Shown here piece after piece: positions 1 through 10,787 of a stretch of 40,000 nucleotides of DNA (its first letter is position 1; each line of letters starts with the position of its first letter). Below the pieces are notes generated by a model. The model was not told where the DNA came from, ran no database searches, and saw nothing but the letters and a program-made list of their open reading frames with translations. Both the position numbers and the translations under genes were made by a program. Origin of the DNA: Neptuniibacter sp. (lineage in GTDB: Bacteria; Pseudomonadota; Gammaproteobacteria; Pseudomonadales; Balneatricaceae); assembly GCF_024231755.1 (NCBI RefSeq), contig NZ_JAAEQH010000061.1:37762-77761 (forward strand). Reading direction: 5' to 3'.

Positions 1-1523
1 ATTTTGACATCTCGCATTGAGGCATGGCTCATCTTGCCTTGCGCCAACATCAACTGGCCGACGATATCATCAGAGTTGGATATAGACATAGCGAAGCCAT
101 TTGAGACGCGAGTCATCTCTTCGAGAAGAGGGCGGTTGGCACTATTACCCATAACAAAGGTAAATAAGCGTAGATCTTGTTTCTCTAGCAGATCGAGGAA
201 CTGGGACTTCTGCGTATTACCAACGTTAGCGACACCATCTGTAACCAGAACCACCGCAGTACTACGGTCTGAATCAAGTTGATCAATACCGGTTTTTAAA
301 CCTCCATAAAGGTTAGTGCCTCCACCAGGGCGCACCTGATCAAGTTTTTGTATAGTGGTCGCTACCGTGTTCTGATCAGCTGGAAGATATCCGTTCGTTA
401 AACTTCGCGCCTGATTGTTAAATAGCACAATACGGAAACGATCATTAGGGTTTAATTTCCCAAGCCCCTGGCGAACACCTTCGATGAGCGAGGCATATTT
501 ACCCTGCATGGAGCCCGATATATCCAGAACAAATACCCAGTCACGGCCCTGATTGATAACAGGAAGATCATTTCCTGGTGTCAGTGTTAATTTAAAGGTT
601 CCTTTACTGCTGTCGGCTTCCTTATGGGCAAGCATATCTACACTGGCGGGCAGGTTTGGCTTATGCCTCCAATAAAGCAAAATATCTTTGTCCAAGGTAG
701 TGACAGTGGCTGAAGATAATGACGTTTCTTTAAGGTTCTCTGTTGCTACTGGAGTCCCTGCGTTTGTTTGCTGTGAGGTAATATCATCATCGCTGATGCT
801 TGTTGCTACAGCGTTATTGATCAGTGAGGCGCTCCACTCATGCTCATTCAACTGCTGCAATGTCGCATTGGGGTGTTGTGGTAGACGCAAGCCATCCACG
901 GGGTAGCTTGTGCGAAGTTTTACATCAAAGGAAAACTTCTCTTCGACCACTTCGTTGCGACTCCAGAAACTCAATTTCTGCTCATCAACTCCACCATCCT
1001 CAAGTGGATATACGTATCGGCCAATACCTGTATCCGTCTGCGTATTTTGCAGATAAACCAGCTTGATCTTTACGTCCTGATTCGCTTTTACTGGGAAGAC
1101 TGAGATATCAAAAGTTCGATACTCGTCTTTCTCTACAATAGCCGTTTCTCTACCCTGCTGTTTTTCATGCTCGTAGATCTGGCGTGCACGCTTTTTTTCA
1201 ACTACTTCACCGATAACCGGATTACCATCAATCCAGTAGCTGAATTCGCCTACTGCGGCTTTCTCTGGAACGGGAAATGAATAGATGGCTTCCAGATCGC
1301 TTGTGTTGGGGTTATGAAAAACCTGCTCAACTGTGGTTGTTGCATACATATCTTCAATAACCACATCTACATGATGTTCTTTTATTTTTAGTTCTGAGTA
1401 GTTGGCATTATTTGGTTTGAGTAATCCTGCTGCATTTGTTACTGGAGTTATCACCAAAAAAGCGCCTAATGTTAGTGCAGAGATAAATGGTGCAGGTTTT
1501 GATTTTTTAAATATATGATTCAT
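1..1523 (-). CDS. Secreted VIT + von Willebrand factor A (vWA) domain protein, C-terminus cut by left window edge
   Basis: Missing from the ORF track because it runs off the edge. Manual minus-strand translation from ATG 1523-1521 (GAGGA 7 nt upstream) gives a signal peptide (MNHIFKKSKPAPFISALTLGAFLVITPVTNAAG), a VIT-like region (EAIYSFPVPEKAAVGEFSYWIDG) and a vWA MIDAS motif (VFVLDISGSMQG ... VVLVTDGVANVG). The frame stays open to base 1. Confidence 0.8.
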   Translation of the reverse strand, partial: MNHIFKKSKPAPFISALTLGAFLVITPVTNAAGLLKPNNANYSELKIKEHHVDVVIEDMYATTTVEQVFHNPNTSDLEAIYSFPVPEKAAVGEFSYWIDGNPVIGEVVEKKRARQIYEHEKQQGRETAIVEKDEYRTFDISVFPVKANQDVKIKLVYLQNTQTDTGIGRYVYPLEDGGVDEQKLSFWSRNEVVEEKFSFDVKLRTSYPVDGLRLPQHPNATLQQLNEHEWSASLINNAVATSISDDDITSQQTNAGTPVATENLKETSLSSATVTTLDKDILLYWRHKPNLPASVDMLAHKEADSSKGTFKLTLTPGNDLPVINQGRDWVFVLDISGSMQGKYASLIEGVRQGLGKLNPNDRFRIVLFNNQARSLTNGYLPADQNTVATTIQKLDQVRPGGGTNLYGGLKTGIDQLDSDRSTAVVLVTDGVANVGNTQKSQFLDLLEKQDLRLFTFVMGNSANRPLLEEMTRVSNGFAMSISNSDDIVGQLMLAQGKMSHASMRDVK

Positions 1524-1727
1524 TACGTGGTCCTCGTTTAACGACAAGGCCAAGCCTGATTTTTTTATGTAGCTAGTGATATCAATTCGAATCAGGTTTC
1601 AGATTAATGCGCCGTAAGTATCAAAATACAATACTTGGCAAAGTGGACGCCTTGGCCCAGAGTTTGCTGTACAGAAACGACGGCAAACCAATGACTTCTA
1701 AGATCAATCAGGGACGGTGTAAAAAGC

Positions 1728-2429
1728 ATGTATATCCAAGCGAATCACACTCAAAATCAGCTATCAGGCGTTACAGGCGCTGAGCAAAAGGCTCAACAGG
1801 AGGCTCTTCAGGCGGCAACTATTGGCCGCTCAGAGAGCGTTAACGGCAAAGATATCTCTGTATCTGAAGAGGCTAAGCGCCTTAATGAGTCAAACTCTGT
1901 TTATACTTTAAGTACTGCGGGTGGGGATAGAGAGTATGATCTTGATAGTTATTTCGAGCCTAAGCCTGCTCATGAGGCGAGTCTTTTGGATCTTGATAGC
2001 GTGCTTCTGCCCAACACTCAAAATGTCTCAGTACTTCAGGATCATTTATCGAAAATCTTTCCTGAATTTCTCTCACGGCATGATATTCCAGAAGCGCCTG
2101 AAACCATTCGCTACGATTACGCAGGCCAGGTAGTTCTCCCTGCTGATTACCCCTATGCAGACCAGCTAAAGCAAGCGCTCAAAGAAGAGCCTGCTATAGC
2201 TAGGGAGCTTAGTACAGTGAATGCACTTGCTTCACATCTTGCTGCGCTTAAGGAATTAGAGCCGTACCATCAGGAAATGGAAAAGGCTGCAACTAAAGCC
2301 GAAATTGATGCCGTAATTGATAAGTACAGCCATCTTTTAAGTGACAATCGTAGCTATCCCGAGGTTGAGTTGTCATTCATAAAAGAAGGGCAGGTAACAG
2401 TTACCAGTAAAGGCAATGCAGTTGCCTGA
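1728..2429 (+). CDS. Hypothetical acidic protein (233 aa), no recognised domain
   Basis: ORF-track ORF with no signal peptide or TM segment. Gln/Glu/Ala-rich N-terminus. No family motif recognised. Confidence 0.5.
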   Translation: MYIQANHTQNQLSGVTGAEQKAQQEALQAATIGRSESVNGKDISVSEEAKRLNESNSVYTLSTAGGDREYDLDSYFEPKPAHEASLLDLDSVLLPNTQNVSVLQDHLSKIFPEFLSRHDIPEAPETIRYDYAGQVVLPADYPYADQLKQALKEEPAIARELSTVNALASHLAALKELEPYHQEMEKAATKAEIDAVIDKYSHLLSDNRSYPEVELSFIKEGQVTVTSKGNAVA

Positions 2430-2613
2430 TTGCCGTCGCTCAAAGCTGTCTCCCTCCCTTAAATCATACTTACTTTCGGGACAGTTAGTGTCGGTATAGT
2501 TGCTTTGGATACGAATGCTTAAGATAGTGATACATCCGGAGTCTCGCTTTAAGTAGTTGGCGCCAATCAGGACAACGCCTAAATTAGGCTGTACGGATTA
2601 GCGCACACAGTTT

Positions 2614-4296
2614 TTATACTTTAAAAAGCTCATCCAGACTGAGCGCTTCGCGGCTCTCTTGGATAAGGCTAACTAGCGTTTCAGCATATTGTTCTGCCCG
2701 ATCACTCGTCATCCAGTGTTGGTAATCAATCATAGCGAGGTTTTCTTGTTCGCCTAATAGCCAGGCAGAGTCAATATACCGGATAATCTCGTCCTGATTA
2801 GATATCAGAAACTGCTCAAGAGAGGCGTGGCTTGGATGGATACTTCCGTCTTGCAAAGAGCCAGCAGGGCGATTGAATCTGAAGTTTTCAACAATGGCGT
2901 TTAGATCTAGCCCTTGTAATGGTTGGCCAAGAACAGATTCAAATAGCTTTCTTTCAAGCCGCTCTGCACGCTGTGTAACCTCATCAATCATCTGCTGTTG
3001 GATTTCTCGACTCTGGCCCTCAAAATTGTATAACCCTTGCTCCCACAAACTTTCACGCAATAAGCGTGCATTAGGGCCAGTTTCCCACGGCTCGATACCA
3101 TACTGCAGGTATACGGCTTGCTCTACACGTTGCCTGTTACTATCGATCTCTTGCCATTCAAAGCGCGTTTTTGGAAAGTTATCTAATTGATGCTGTTTAT
3201 CAGCAATAGCATCCAAGCTTTGTTTATATGTATCTGCAAATGCTTGTATTAAATCTGCTTGAGGGTGTAATGAATCGCCACTTTGTCCTGCGGGAAGCTC
3301 TTGTTTTATGTTCTCCAAAAGATCCTGCAAACTAAAATTCGGCTGGAGATCTGCCAGTTTTTCATAAAATGCAGCCTCTATGGGCTGATATAGCGTTTGA
3401 TAGGCTGTTACCAATCCGGCCTTTTCATCATGCATCATTTTGCTGGCAACAGCATGATTCAGAGATCGGGCATCACCAATACGCAGGGCCATTTCCAGCG
3501 ATCTCTGCATTAAATCAGTTGTAGCTGATTGGTCACCACCCCAAGCCTGATGGGGTGAAAAGAGATCGTTAAAAACAGGTAGGGAGCCTTCGCTCGAGAG
3601 GGTTTCACCATCACCATAACGGTTTAATTTTGTCTGGGCGCTTTCAGCAAGTGCAGCAGAAGTTTGGTGAGAGCCACTCAGGCCGCTATAACGGTGTTTG
3701 TCGATAATTCGATCTACTTCGCTTGAACGCTCCACCTTCTCTGAATCTAACCACTCAGATAAGGTATTAGGCATCGCTTTTAACTGATCATAATGGGCAG
3801 TCATCTCTAGTATTTCAGACTGGTGTTCCTGCCAAAATTGATTAAGTTTGTCTGATTTCGGTAGTTCGCTACCGTCCATATTTATATGCGGTTCGCGTCC
3901 TGCATCAACATTATCAAGTAGTTGATCGAGTTCAGCGGAAACTGGATAGTCATCTTGTAGCAGTTCGGCTAATTTATTCGAAAGGGTAAAATAGTCATCA
4001 AGATAATTTGAAGCATGGCTACGACGAGTTGAAACCATCTCCTGTAAATGCTGAGCAGCTTCCTTACCGGCTTCTCCTTCAGACATTAACGCCCACCACT
4101 GACTGTTTGCCTGCTCGCTCCATTGAGTGAAGCGAAACTCATCAATAGTTTCTTCGGAGATAACATTTAAGGCCGTACTAAATTCTCCAACCAGCCCTTC
4201 CTGTATCAGTTCTTGAGCTTCCGCTCTCGTGGCATTATGCGAATGTATTTTTCCCGGTGAGGTATTAGGCAAAATTGTTGATAATGATATCTGCAT
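2614..4296 (-). CDS. Hypothetical acidic, Gln/Glu/Leu-rich repeat-containing protein (560 aa)
   Basis: Long ORF with AAGGA 7 nt upstream of the ATG. No signal peptide or TM segment. About four divergent internal modules (see findings). No family recognised. Confidence 0.6.
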   Translation of the reverse strand: MQISLSTILPNTSPGKIHSHNATRAEAQELIQEGLVGEFSTALNVISEETIDEFRFTQWSEQANSQWWALMSEGEAGKEAAQHLQEMVSTRRSHASNYLDDYFTLSNKLAELLQDDYPVSAELDQLLDNVDAGREPHINMDGSELPKSDKLNQFWQEHQSEILEMTAHYDQLKAMPNTLSEWLDSEKVERSSEVDRIIDKHRYSGLSGSHQTSAALAESAQTKLNRYGDGETLSSEGSLPVFNDLFSPHQAWGGDQSATTDLMQRSLEMALRIGDARSLNHAVASKMMHDEKAGLVTAYQTLYQPIEAAFYEKLADLQPNFSLQDLLENIKQELPAGQSGDSLHPQADLIQAFADTYKQSLDAIADKQHQLDNFPKTRFEWQEIDSNRQRVEQAVYLQYGIEPWETGPNARLLRESLWEQGLYNFEGQSREIQQQMIDEVTQRAERLERKLFESVLGQPLQGLDLNAIVENFRFNRPAGSLQDGSIHPSHASLEQFLISNQDEIIRYIDSAWLLGEQENLAMIDYQHWMTSDRAEQYAETLVSLIQESREALSLDELFKV

Positions 4297-4580
4297 CGCA
4301 TTTTCCTTATGCTAAATGGCTCGAAATGTTCTAATTGCCCATCCATAAAAAAAGCGGCATCAGGCTAAGTAATACGAGAAATCATGCAGTTATCATTCCA
4401 ATCGTTTGTGTTGGGGGCGCTATTTCAAAAGCCATCCGCTTTTTTGGCTTTTTTTAATTGGTTGCGCTGTGTAAGGCGGTCAGAATCTGATTAAAGAATG
4501 TTGTTTTGTTATATACAGGCGGCAATAGAGCGGCAAGGGCTTAGTTTTACTCGGCAAAGATCATCCCCAAGAGTGCGGGA

Positions 4581-5312
4581 CTACTTAGAGATTTTTTTAA
4601 ATAAAGAGTATTGCCACTGGCGGATTGCCAGCACCATGGTCGTACCGTGTTTTTTGTTATTGGGTGCTGAATGGTCTTCCTGCATAAGCTCATTAAATTC
4701 TGCTGCTAAACGCTCCATCTTTTTCTGCAATCGAGCATTAGAGCTATCAGTCAGAATGGCATTGGTAACTATCAGTTTTTCATTAGATTTATCAAAGCGA
4801 GAGCTAAAGAAATCCTGTTCGACCTTCTGTTGGAAAAACTGCTGTATAGGGCCGTTGGGTAGCCAGTGAAAGTTGGGAGCGACCAGAAGCTTAACCCGGT
4901 TGCCGGGAAGCAGATCAATAATCTTTAGTCGGTCTAGCTTAGCAAGTTTCTGCACACACTCTGTTTCAAGGATGTCATAGACATTAAGGATGTCTTGATA
5001 AGTCATTCCACTGATAACGCTGACGGTGACCAGCAGTAGTATCAGGTCATTTGCAATCTCTTTTTCCTGATCGCGGGTAAGCTGAGTTAGATGTCGCTGA
5101 GTCTTGCTCATCTTTTGGACAAGTTCAGACAGTTCTAGGTTAAGCATGTCGCAGATGCTTTCTAGTCGCTGTAGGGTAAAGTTCTTTTCTGCAAACAGAC
5201 GCTTAACAGAAGCCTCGCTGAGGTCCAGCGCTTCGGCAACATCTATGTAAGTTTTCCCTTGAGCCTTTAATTCCCGCTTAAGGGTGTCTATTAATGGTCC
5301 TACCTGCGCCAT
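4581..5312 (-). CDS. XRE (Cro/C1-type) helix-turn-helix transcriptional regulator with uncharacterised C-terminal domain
   Basis: N-terminus LKRELKAQGKTYIDVAEALDLSEASVKRLFAEKNFTLQRLESICDMLNLELSEL is a typical HTH_XRE domain. Confidence 0.75.
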   Translation of the reverse strand: MAQVGPLIDTLKRELKAQGKTYIDVAEALDLSEASVKRLFAEKNFTLQRLESICDMLNLELSELVQKMSKTQRHLTQLTRDQEKEIANDLILLLVTVSVISGMTYQDILNVYDILETECVQKLAKLDRLKIIDLLPGNRVKLLVAPNFHWLPNGPIQQFFQQKVEQDFFSSRFDKSNEKLIVTNAILTDSSNARLQKKMERLAAEFNELMQEDHSAPNNKKHGTTMVLAIRQWQYSLFKKISK

Positions 5313-5388
5313 GAAAAGAATCCTTGTTTCTCAGTATTCCATAGAGTTTTAGAAAATATACAGCAATGCTTTGTATAAATTCACTCGC

Positions 5389-6072
5389 TTAGCGGTTGTT
5401 TGTTCGCCCCCTAGGGGTTTTCTCTCTCGAGTCACTATGTCTAGAATTATGCCTAGAGTTATGCCTGTTGGAGGAGTTCGAGTGTTTGGTGCTCCGCCTT
5501 GAAGGTGAAGAGGGCTTCTTTGGTATATTGATCTGAACATCCAGTAGCTGACTTTCCCCTTGCTGAAGCTGATCAATAGTCCACTCTCCAATCGCATATC
5601 TGATTAACCTGAGAGTTGGAAAACCAACGGCTGCCGTCATACGACGTACTTGCCGGTTTTTACCTTCACTGATTTTTAGTTCTATCCAACTTGTAGGAAT
5701 GTTCTTTCTTTCCCTAATAGGAGGATTACGCTCCCAGATATCTGGCTCATTAATCAATTGAGCTTTTGCTGGGCGAGTCATGCCATCTTTAAGCTCTACT
5801 CCTTTGCGTAGAGCAGACAATGCTTCTTCAGTTACAGCCCCCTCAACTTGAGCCCAGTAGGTTTTCTCCATTTTAAACTTAGGATTTGCCAAGTAGTGCT
5901 GAAGAGGGCCTTCATCAGTAAGGATGAGCAAACCTTCTGAGTCGTAGTCCAATCTACCCGCAGCATAAAAACCTGGGTGATCAATATAATCAGCCAAAGT
6001 AGCTTTGCCATCATCACTGGTGAATTGGGTAAGTACCTGAAAAGGTTTGTTAAATAAAAGAATTTTCGACAT
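5389..6072 (-). CDS. rluE: 23S rRNA pseudouridine synthase RluE with a basic Ser/Arg/His/Asn-rich C-terminal tail
   Basis: RsuA/RluE-family motifs (LLFNKPFQVLTQFT, AAGRLDYDSEGLLILTDEG, GKNRQVRRMTAAVGFPTLRLIRYAIG). Sits next to icd, as in E. coli. Confidence 0.85.
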   Translation of the reverse strand: MSKILLFNKPFQVLTQFTSDDGKATLADYIDHPGFYAAGRLDYDSEGLLILTDEGPLQHYLANPKFKMEKTYWAQVEGAVTEEALSALRKGVELKDGMTRPAKAQLINEPDIWERNPPIRERKNIPTSWIELKISEGKNRQVRRMTAAVGFPTLRLIRYAIGEWTIDQLQQGESQLLDVQINIPKKPSSPSRRSTKHSNSSNRHNSRHNSRHSDSREKTPRGRTNNR

Positions 6073-6178
6073 TAAATCTCTTTGTAGTTTTGCTACATCT
6101 TTGCTTAGGCTGTTCTATACTGACTGAGAAGCCTGTCCATAGGCTCTTCTATAAAAATAATAACATTCTGCTGCGTAG

Positions 6179-7444
6179 ATGGAGTTATACATGGGATACA
6201 AGAATATCACTGTTCCTGCTGGTGAGAAGATCAGCGTCAACGAAGATTTTTCCCTTAATGTTCCAGACAATCCTATTATCCCTTATATCGAGGGCGACGG
6301 CATTGGTGTCGATGTTACACCGCCAATGTTGAATGTAGTAAATGCTGCTGTAGAAAAAGCTTATAGCGGCTCAAAAAAAATCTCATGGATGGAGGTTTAT
6401 GCGGGCGAGAAAGCAACCTCGGTTTATGATCAAGATACCTGGCTACCAGACGAGACACTTGAAGCCTTTAAAGAGTTTGTTGTAGGCATTAAAGGCCCCT
6501 TAACCACCCCTGTAGGAGGTGGTATCCGCTCCCTTAATGTAGCTTTACGCCAAGAATTGGATCTTTATGTATGTCAGCGCCCTGTGCGTTGGTTTAAAGG
6601 CGTACCCAGTCCTGTCATTAATCCGCAGGATGTCGACATGGTTATCTACCGTGAAAACTCTGAGGATATTTATGCTGGCGTTGAGTGGAAGGCGGGAACC
6701 CCTGAGGCAGATAAAGTGATTAAGTTCCTCAAAGAGGAGATGGGTGTTACCAAAATCCGATTTGATCAGATGTGTGGTATCGGGGTTAAACCTGTATCGG
6801 AGGAGGGCACCAAGCGTTTGGTTCGCAAGGCCTTACAGTACTGTGTTGATAATGATCGTGATTCTATGACCCTTGTCCATAAGGGCAACATCATGAAATT
6901 CACAGAGGGAGCATTTAAAGATTGGGGCTACGAGCTTGCAAAAGAAGAATTTGGTGCTGAATTACTCGATGGAGGTCCGTGGATGACCTTCAACAACCCA
7001 AACACGGGTAAACAGATCATTGTTAAAGATGTGATCGCAGATGCGATGTTACAGCAGATACTGTTGCGTCCTGCAGAGTATGATGTGGTAGCCACGCTCA
7101 ACTTGAATGGTGACTACCTATCAGATGCTCTCGCAGCAGAAGTTGGCGGTATAGGTATTGCTCCAGGGGCTAATCTTTCAGATAGCGTTGCTATTTTTGA
7201 GGCAACCCATGGCACTGCACCTAAATATGCAGGCAAAGACATGGTAAACCCAGGCTCATTGATACTGTCCGCAGAGATGATGTTGCGTCACATGGGCTGG
7301 ATTGAAGCAGCAGATCTGATAATTAAAGGTATGGACGGAGCTATCGCCGCTAAAACTGTAACTTATGATTTTGAGCGCTTAATGGACGGAGCGGAGCTAC
7401 TATCTAGCTCGGAATTTGGTGATGCGATCATAGAGCAGATGTAG
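6179..7444 (+). CDS. icd: NADP-dependent isocitrate dehydrogenase
   Basis: Strong resemblance to E. coli Icd ([62 protein letters not shown]). The start could instead be ATG 6191 (MGYKNITV...). Confidence 0.95.
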   Translation: MELYMGYKNITVPAGEKISVNEDFSLNVPDNPIIPYIEGDGIGVDVTPPMLNVVNAAVEKAYSGSKKISWMEVYAGEKATSVYDQDTWLPDETLEAFKEFVVGIKGPLTTPVGGGIRSLNVALRQELDLYVCQRPVRWFKGVPSPVINPQDVDMVIYRENSEDIYAGVEWKAGTPEADKVIKFLKEEMGVTKIRFDQMCGIGVKPVSEEGTKRLVRKALQYCVDNDRDSMTLVHKGNIMKFTEGAFKDWGYELAKEEFGAELLDGGPWMTFNNPNTGKQIIVKDVIADAMLQQILLRPAEYDVVATLNLNGDYLSDALAAEVGGIGIAPGANLSDSVAIFEATHGTAPKYAGKDMVNPGSLILSAEMMLRHMGWIEAADLIIKGMDGAIAAKTVTYDFERLMDGAELLSSSEFGDAIIEQM

Positions 7445-7511
7445 CTCGCTATTCTCGCCGGGGCAGATTCAGGTCTGCTCCGCACCTAATTCAAAAAAAT
7501 GTTACTTAAAC

Positions 7512-7540
7512 AAAAAAACCAGCTGGCTGGCTGGTTTTTT
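7512..7540. terminator. Bidirectional rho-independent terminator between icd and cspD
   Basis: AAAAAAACCAGC-tggctg-GCTGGTTTTTT. The stem has an A-run on one side and a T-run on the other, and sits between convergent genes. Confidence 0.8.
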
Positions 7541-7585
7541 GTTCTTACTGCATTAGTTTCGGTCCTTGAATGTTTATTCCTGTTT

Positions 7586-7798
7586 TTATTGTTTTTCGAG
7601 CGGCTTTATCTGAACTGCATGGGTTCCTTTTGGTCCCGGCTGCGTATCAAATTCCACAGACTGCCCAGCCTTAAGGCTTTTATAACCATCTACGTCAATC
7701 GCAGAATAATGAGCAAAGAGATCTTCTTCATGTTCGTCGGACAGGATAAACCCGTAACCCTTCGAATTATTAAACCACTTTACTTTCCCTGTCTGCAT
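7586..7798 (-). CDS. cspD: Cold-shock-domain protein CspD
   Basis: KVKWFNNSKGYGFI ... DLFAHYSAI ... GYKSLKAGQSVEF carries the RNP1/RNP2 CSD motifs. Divergent from clpS, as in E. coli. Confidence 0.9.
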   Translation of the reverse strand: MQTGKVKWFNNSKGYGFILSDEHEEDLFAHYSAIDVDGYKSLKAGQSVEFDTQPGPKGTHAVQIKPLEKQ

Positions 7799-8017
7799 AA
7801 CTAACTCCCGTCTCCAGTACTACATTTGGATTGCGAACCTGAACGCGCATCCCTTAACCTGCTAGAATAGAGGCTAAAGGTTGTTCTCAATGATGCAGGT
7901 ACAACGAGGGTCTTACCTATCCTGCTAAGTGTGATTATAGCACCTGAGACTAAAAGTGTGACAAGTGTACAATCACTGTTCATTAGTTAATTGTAGTAAA
8001 TTCCAGAAGATAATTAA

Positions 8018-8380
8018 ATGAGTGTTAATTTTGAACGTTACTCTATCCACATGTCTAATGAAGATCATGGTGATGAGTTTGAGCATGATCACGGCGTTGC
8101 AACTCAAGAAGCAGAGCCAGAAGTTAAGCGACCATCAATGTATCGAGTGGTATTAATGAATGATGATTACACGCCGATGGACTTTGTAGTGGCAGTGTTA
8201 ATGATGTTTTTTAGTATGGATCAGGAAAAAGCTACGCAGGTTATGCTGGCTGTCCATACCCAAGGTAAAGGTGTATGCGGAATTTTCACTCGTGATGTGG
8301 CTGAGACAAAAGCAGCTATAGTTAATCAATATGCGAGAGATAATAACCATCCACTGCTATGTGAAGTCGAGAAAGTCTGA
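8018..8380 (+). CDS. clpS: ATP-dependent Clp protease adaptor ClpS
   Basis: [27 protein letters not shown] ... [27 protein letters not shown] ... [10 protein letters not shown] closely parallels E. coli ClpS. Start may be ATG 8048. Confidence 0.92.
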   Translation: MSVNFERYSIHMSNEDHGDEFEHDHGVATQEAEPEVKRPSMYRVVLMNDDYTPMDFVVAVLMMFFSMDQEKATQVMLAVHTQGKGVCGIFTRDVAETKAAIVNQYARDNNHPLLCEVEKV

Positions 8381-8392
8381 AGAGGAAGCGTT

Positions 8393-10654
8393 ATGTTAAA
8401 CCGAGAACTCGAAGACACGCTCAGTGCAGCTTTCCAGGCCGCAAAGGAAAAGAGACATGAATTTATTACTGTCGAACACCTATTGTTAGCCTTATTGGAT
8501 AATTATGAGGCGCATGAGGTCCTGTCTGCTTGTGGGGCGAATTTTGACGGTATTCGTAAAAACCTTATAGAGTTTATAGAAGAAACAACTCCTCTATTAT
8601 CTGAAACACTGCCTGATCTTGATACGCAGCCCACACTTGGATTTCAACGCGTATTACAGCGAGCAGTATTTCACGTTCAATCCTCTGGAAAGAATGAAGT
8701 TACCGGCGCAAATGTGTTGGTAGCCATCTTTAGTGAACAAGAAAGCCAGGCAGTGTATATCCTGCAGCAGCATGGTATTGAACGCATAGACACAGTTAAT
8801 TTCATTTCTCATGGAATTAGTAAAATTTCAGAGAGTGAGCATGAGCATTCAGAAACACCTCTCGAGAATGAGGGGCTTGCTGAAGAAAACGATGACAGCC
8901 CACTGATCAAATATTCGATCAATTTAAACGTCGAAGCAGAAAAGGGGCGTATTGATCCCTTGGTTGGACGTGATTCCGAAGTGGAAAGGGTGGTTCAGAT
9001 TCTTTCCCGTCGCCGCAAAAACAACCCTCTACTAGTAGGTGAGGCAGGTGTAGGTAAAACAGCGATCGCTGAAGGCCTCGCAAAACTGATTGTTGAGGGC
9101 GAAGTACCTGAAATAATCAGCGAATCAGTTGTATATGCGCTGGATCTTGGTGCGCTATTAGCCGGCACCAAATACCGTGGTGACTTTGAGAAACGCCTTA
9201 AAGGCCTACTTAATGAAATTAAAGGCAAAGATCACGCAATTCTCTTTATCGATGAGATCCATACAATTATCGGTGCAGGCGCTGCATCTGGTGGCTCTAT
9301 GGATGCATCAAACCTGCTCAAACCATTATTGAGCTCCGGTCAGATTCGCTGTATCGGCTCTACAACTTTCCAGGAGTTTCGCGGCATCTTTGAAAAAGAC
9401 CGTGCGTTGGCACGCCGCTTCCAGAAAGTGGATGTTTTAGAGCCAAGCATCGAGGATACATACTCTATCCTTAAAGGACTGAAGCAGCGCTTTGAAGAGC
9501 ATCATGAAATTACATACAAAGATGAATCACTCAAAGCGGCAGCAGAACTGGCTGGACGTTATATCAATGATAAGCATATGCCGGACAAGGCAATAGACGT
9601 GATTGATGAAGCGGGCGCATATCAGCGCTTACTTCCGCAAGAACTGCGCAAATCAGAGATCGAGGTCACGGATATTGAGGCGATCGTAGCCAAAATTGCT
9701 CGCATTCCACCGAAAAGCGTGTCTGCATCCGATAAGACGCAGCTGGCTAAGCTCGACAGCAACCTGAAAATGGTTGTATTGGGTCAGGATGAGGCGATTG
9801 ATACGCTATCCTCAGCTATCAAGCTGTCACGAGCAGGCCTTAAAGAGCCTGACAAGCCTGTAGGCTGTTTCCTGTTTGCCGGACCTACCGGTGTCGGTAA
9901 AACTGAGGTAACAGCACAGCTAGCGCGAATCATGGGGATTGAGCTGGTTCGTTTTGATATGTCTGAGTATATGGAACGTCATACGGTTTCACGCCTTATC
10001 GGTGCGCCTCCGGGTTATGTTGGATACGATCAGGGCGGTTTGCTGACGGAAGCGATCACTAAATCACCTCACTGTGTTCTCTTGCTTGATGAGATAGAAA
10101 AAGCACACCCTGAAGTGTTCAATCTACTCCTTCAAGTGATGGATAACGGCACATTGACTGATAACAATGGTCGTAAAGCTGATTTCCGAAATGTGATCCT
10201 GGTTATGACCACCAATGCTGGTGCTGAGGACATGAGTCGCGCATCAATTGGTTTCACCAAACAGGATCATGCTTCTGATGGCATGGCGGCTATTCGTAAG
10301 ATGTTTACTCCTGAATTCCGTAACCGTCTCGATGGCATTATTCAGTTCAAATCGCTCACCGTCGATATTATTAAAGGTGTTGTTGATAAATTTATCGCAG
10401 AACTGCAAGTGCAGCTGGACGAGAAGCATGTGGTACTACACCTTGATGAAGCGGCTCGCGGTTGGTTTGCGGAAAAAGGCTATGATGAGCAGATGGGCGC
10501 GCGCCCAATGAAACGCCTGATTCAGGAAAAACTGAAAAAGCCTCTGGCAGAGATGATTCTTTTCGGGGAGCTGGCAGAAGAGGGTGGTGAAGTTGCAATC
10601 ACTGTTGATGAAGACGGTGAGTTGCAGGTTGAACCGATGAATAGCTGTGTTTGA
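8393..10654 (+). CDS. clpA: ATP-dependent Clp protease ATP-binding subunit ClpA
   Basis: Clp N-domain, two AAA+ modules (Walker [10 protein letters not shown] and GPTGVGKTE), and [10 protein letters not shown] at the C-terminus. Confidence 0.97.
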   Translation: MLNRELEDTLSAAFQAAKEKRHEFITVEHLLLALLDNYEAHEVLSACGANFDGIRKNLIEFIEETTPLLSETLPDLDTQPTLGFQRVLQRAVFHVQSSGKNEVTGANVLVAIFSEQESQAVYILQQHGIERIDTVNFISHGISKISESEHEHSETPLENEGLAEENDDSPLIKYSINLNVEAEKGRIDPLVGRDSEVERVVQILSRRRKNNPLLVGEAGVGKTAIAEGLAKLIVEGEVPEIISESVVYALDLGALLAGTKYRGDFEKRLKGLLNEIKGKDHAILFIDEIHTIIGAGAASGGSMDASNLLKPLLSSGQIRCIGSTTFQEFRGIFEKDRALARRFQKVDVLEPSIEDTYSILKGLKQRFEEHHEITYKDESLKAAAELAGRYINDKHMPDKAIDVIDEAGAYQRLLPQELRKSEIEVTDIEAIVAKIARIPPKSVSASDKTQLAKLDSNLKMVVLGQDEAIDTLSSAIKLSRAGLKEPDKPVGCFLFAGPTGVGKTEVTAQLARIMGIELVRFDMSEYMERHTVSRLIGAPPGYVGYDQGGLLTEAITKSPHCVLLLDEIEKAHPEVFNLLLQVMDNGTLTDNNGRKADFRNVILVMTTNAGAEDMSRASIGFTKQDHASDGMAAIRKMFTPEFRNRLDGIIQFKSLTVDIIKGVVDKFIAELQVQLDEKHVVLHLDEAARGWFAEKGYDEQMGARPMKRLIQEKLKKPLAEMILFGELAEEGGEVAITVDEDGELQVEPMNSCV

Positions 10655-10758
10655 TTAGTATGAGCGGTGCCCTCACCGCGAAAGACTACCTCTGAGCAGC
10701 ATTGCTGAGGGGTAGCTCTATAATCATTCGGCGTGGGACACGCCTCCAACCAAGCAAC

Positions 10759-10787
10759 AAAAAAGGCAGCTGATTAGCTGCCTTTTT
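10759..10787. terminator. Bidirectional rho-independent terminator between clpA and infA
   Basis: AAAAAAGGCAGC-tgatta-GCTGCCTTTTT between convergent genes. Confidence 0.8.

Noticed and set aside
10244-10749. Several 60-90-aa ORFs on both strands within and just after clpA
   Set aside because: They overlap the clpA CDS or fall in the hairpin-rich 3' region. They have no SD sequences or motifs.
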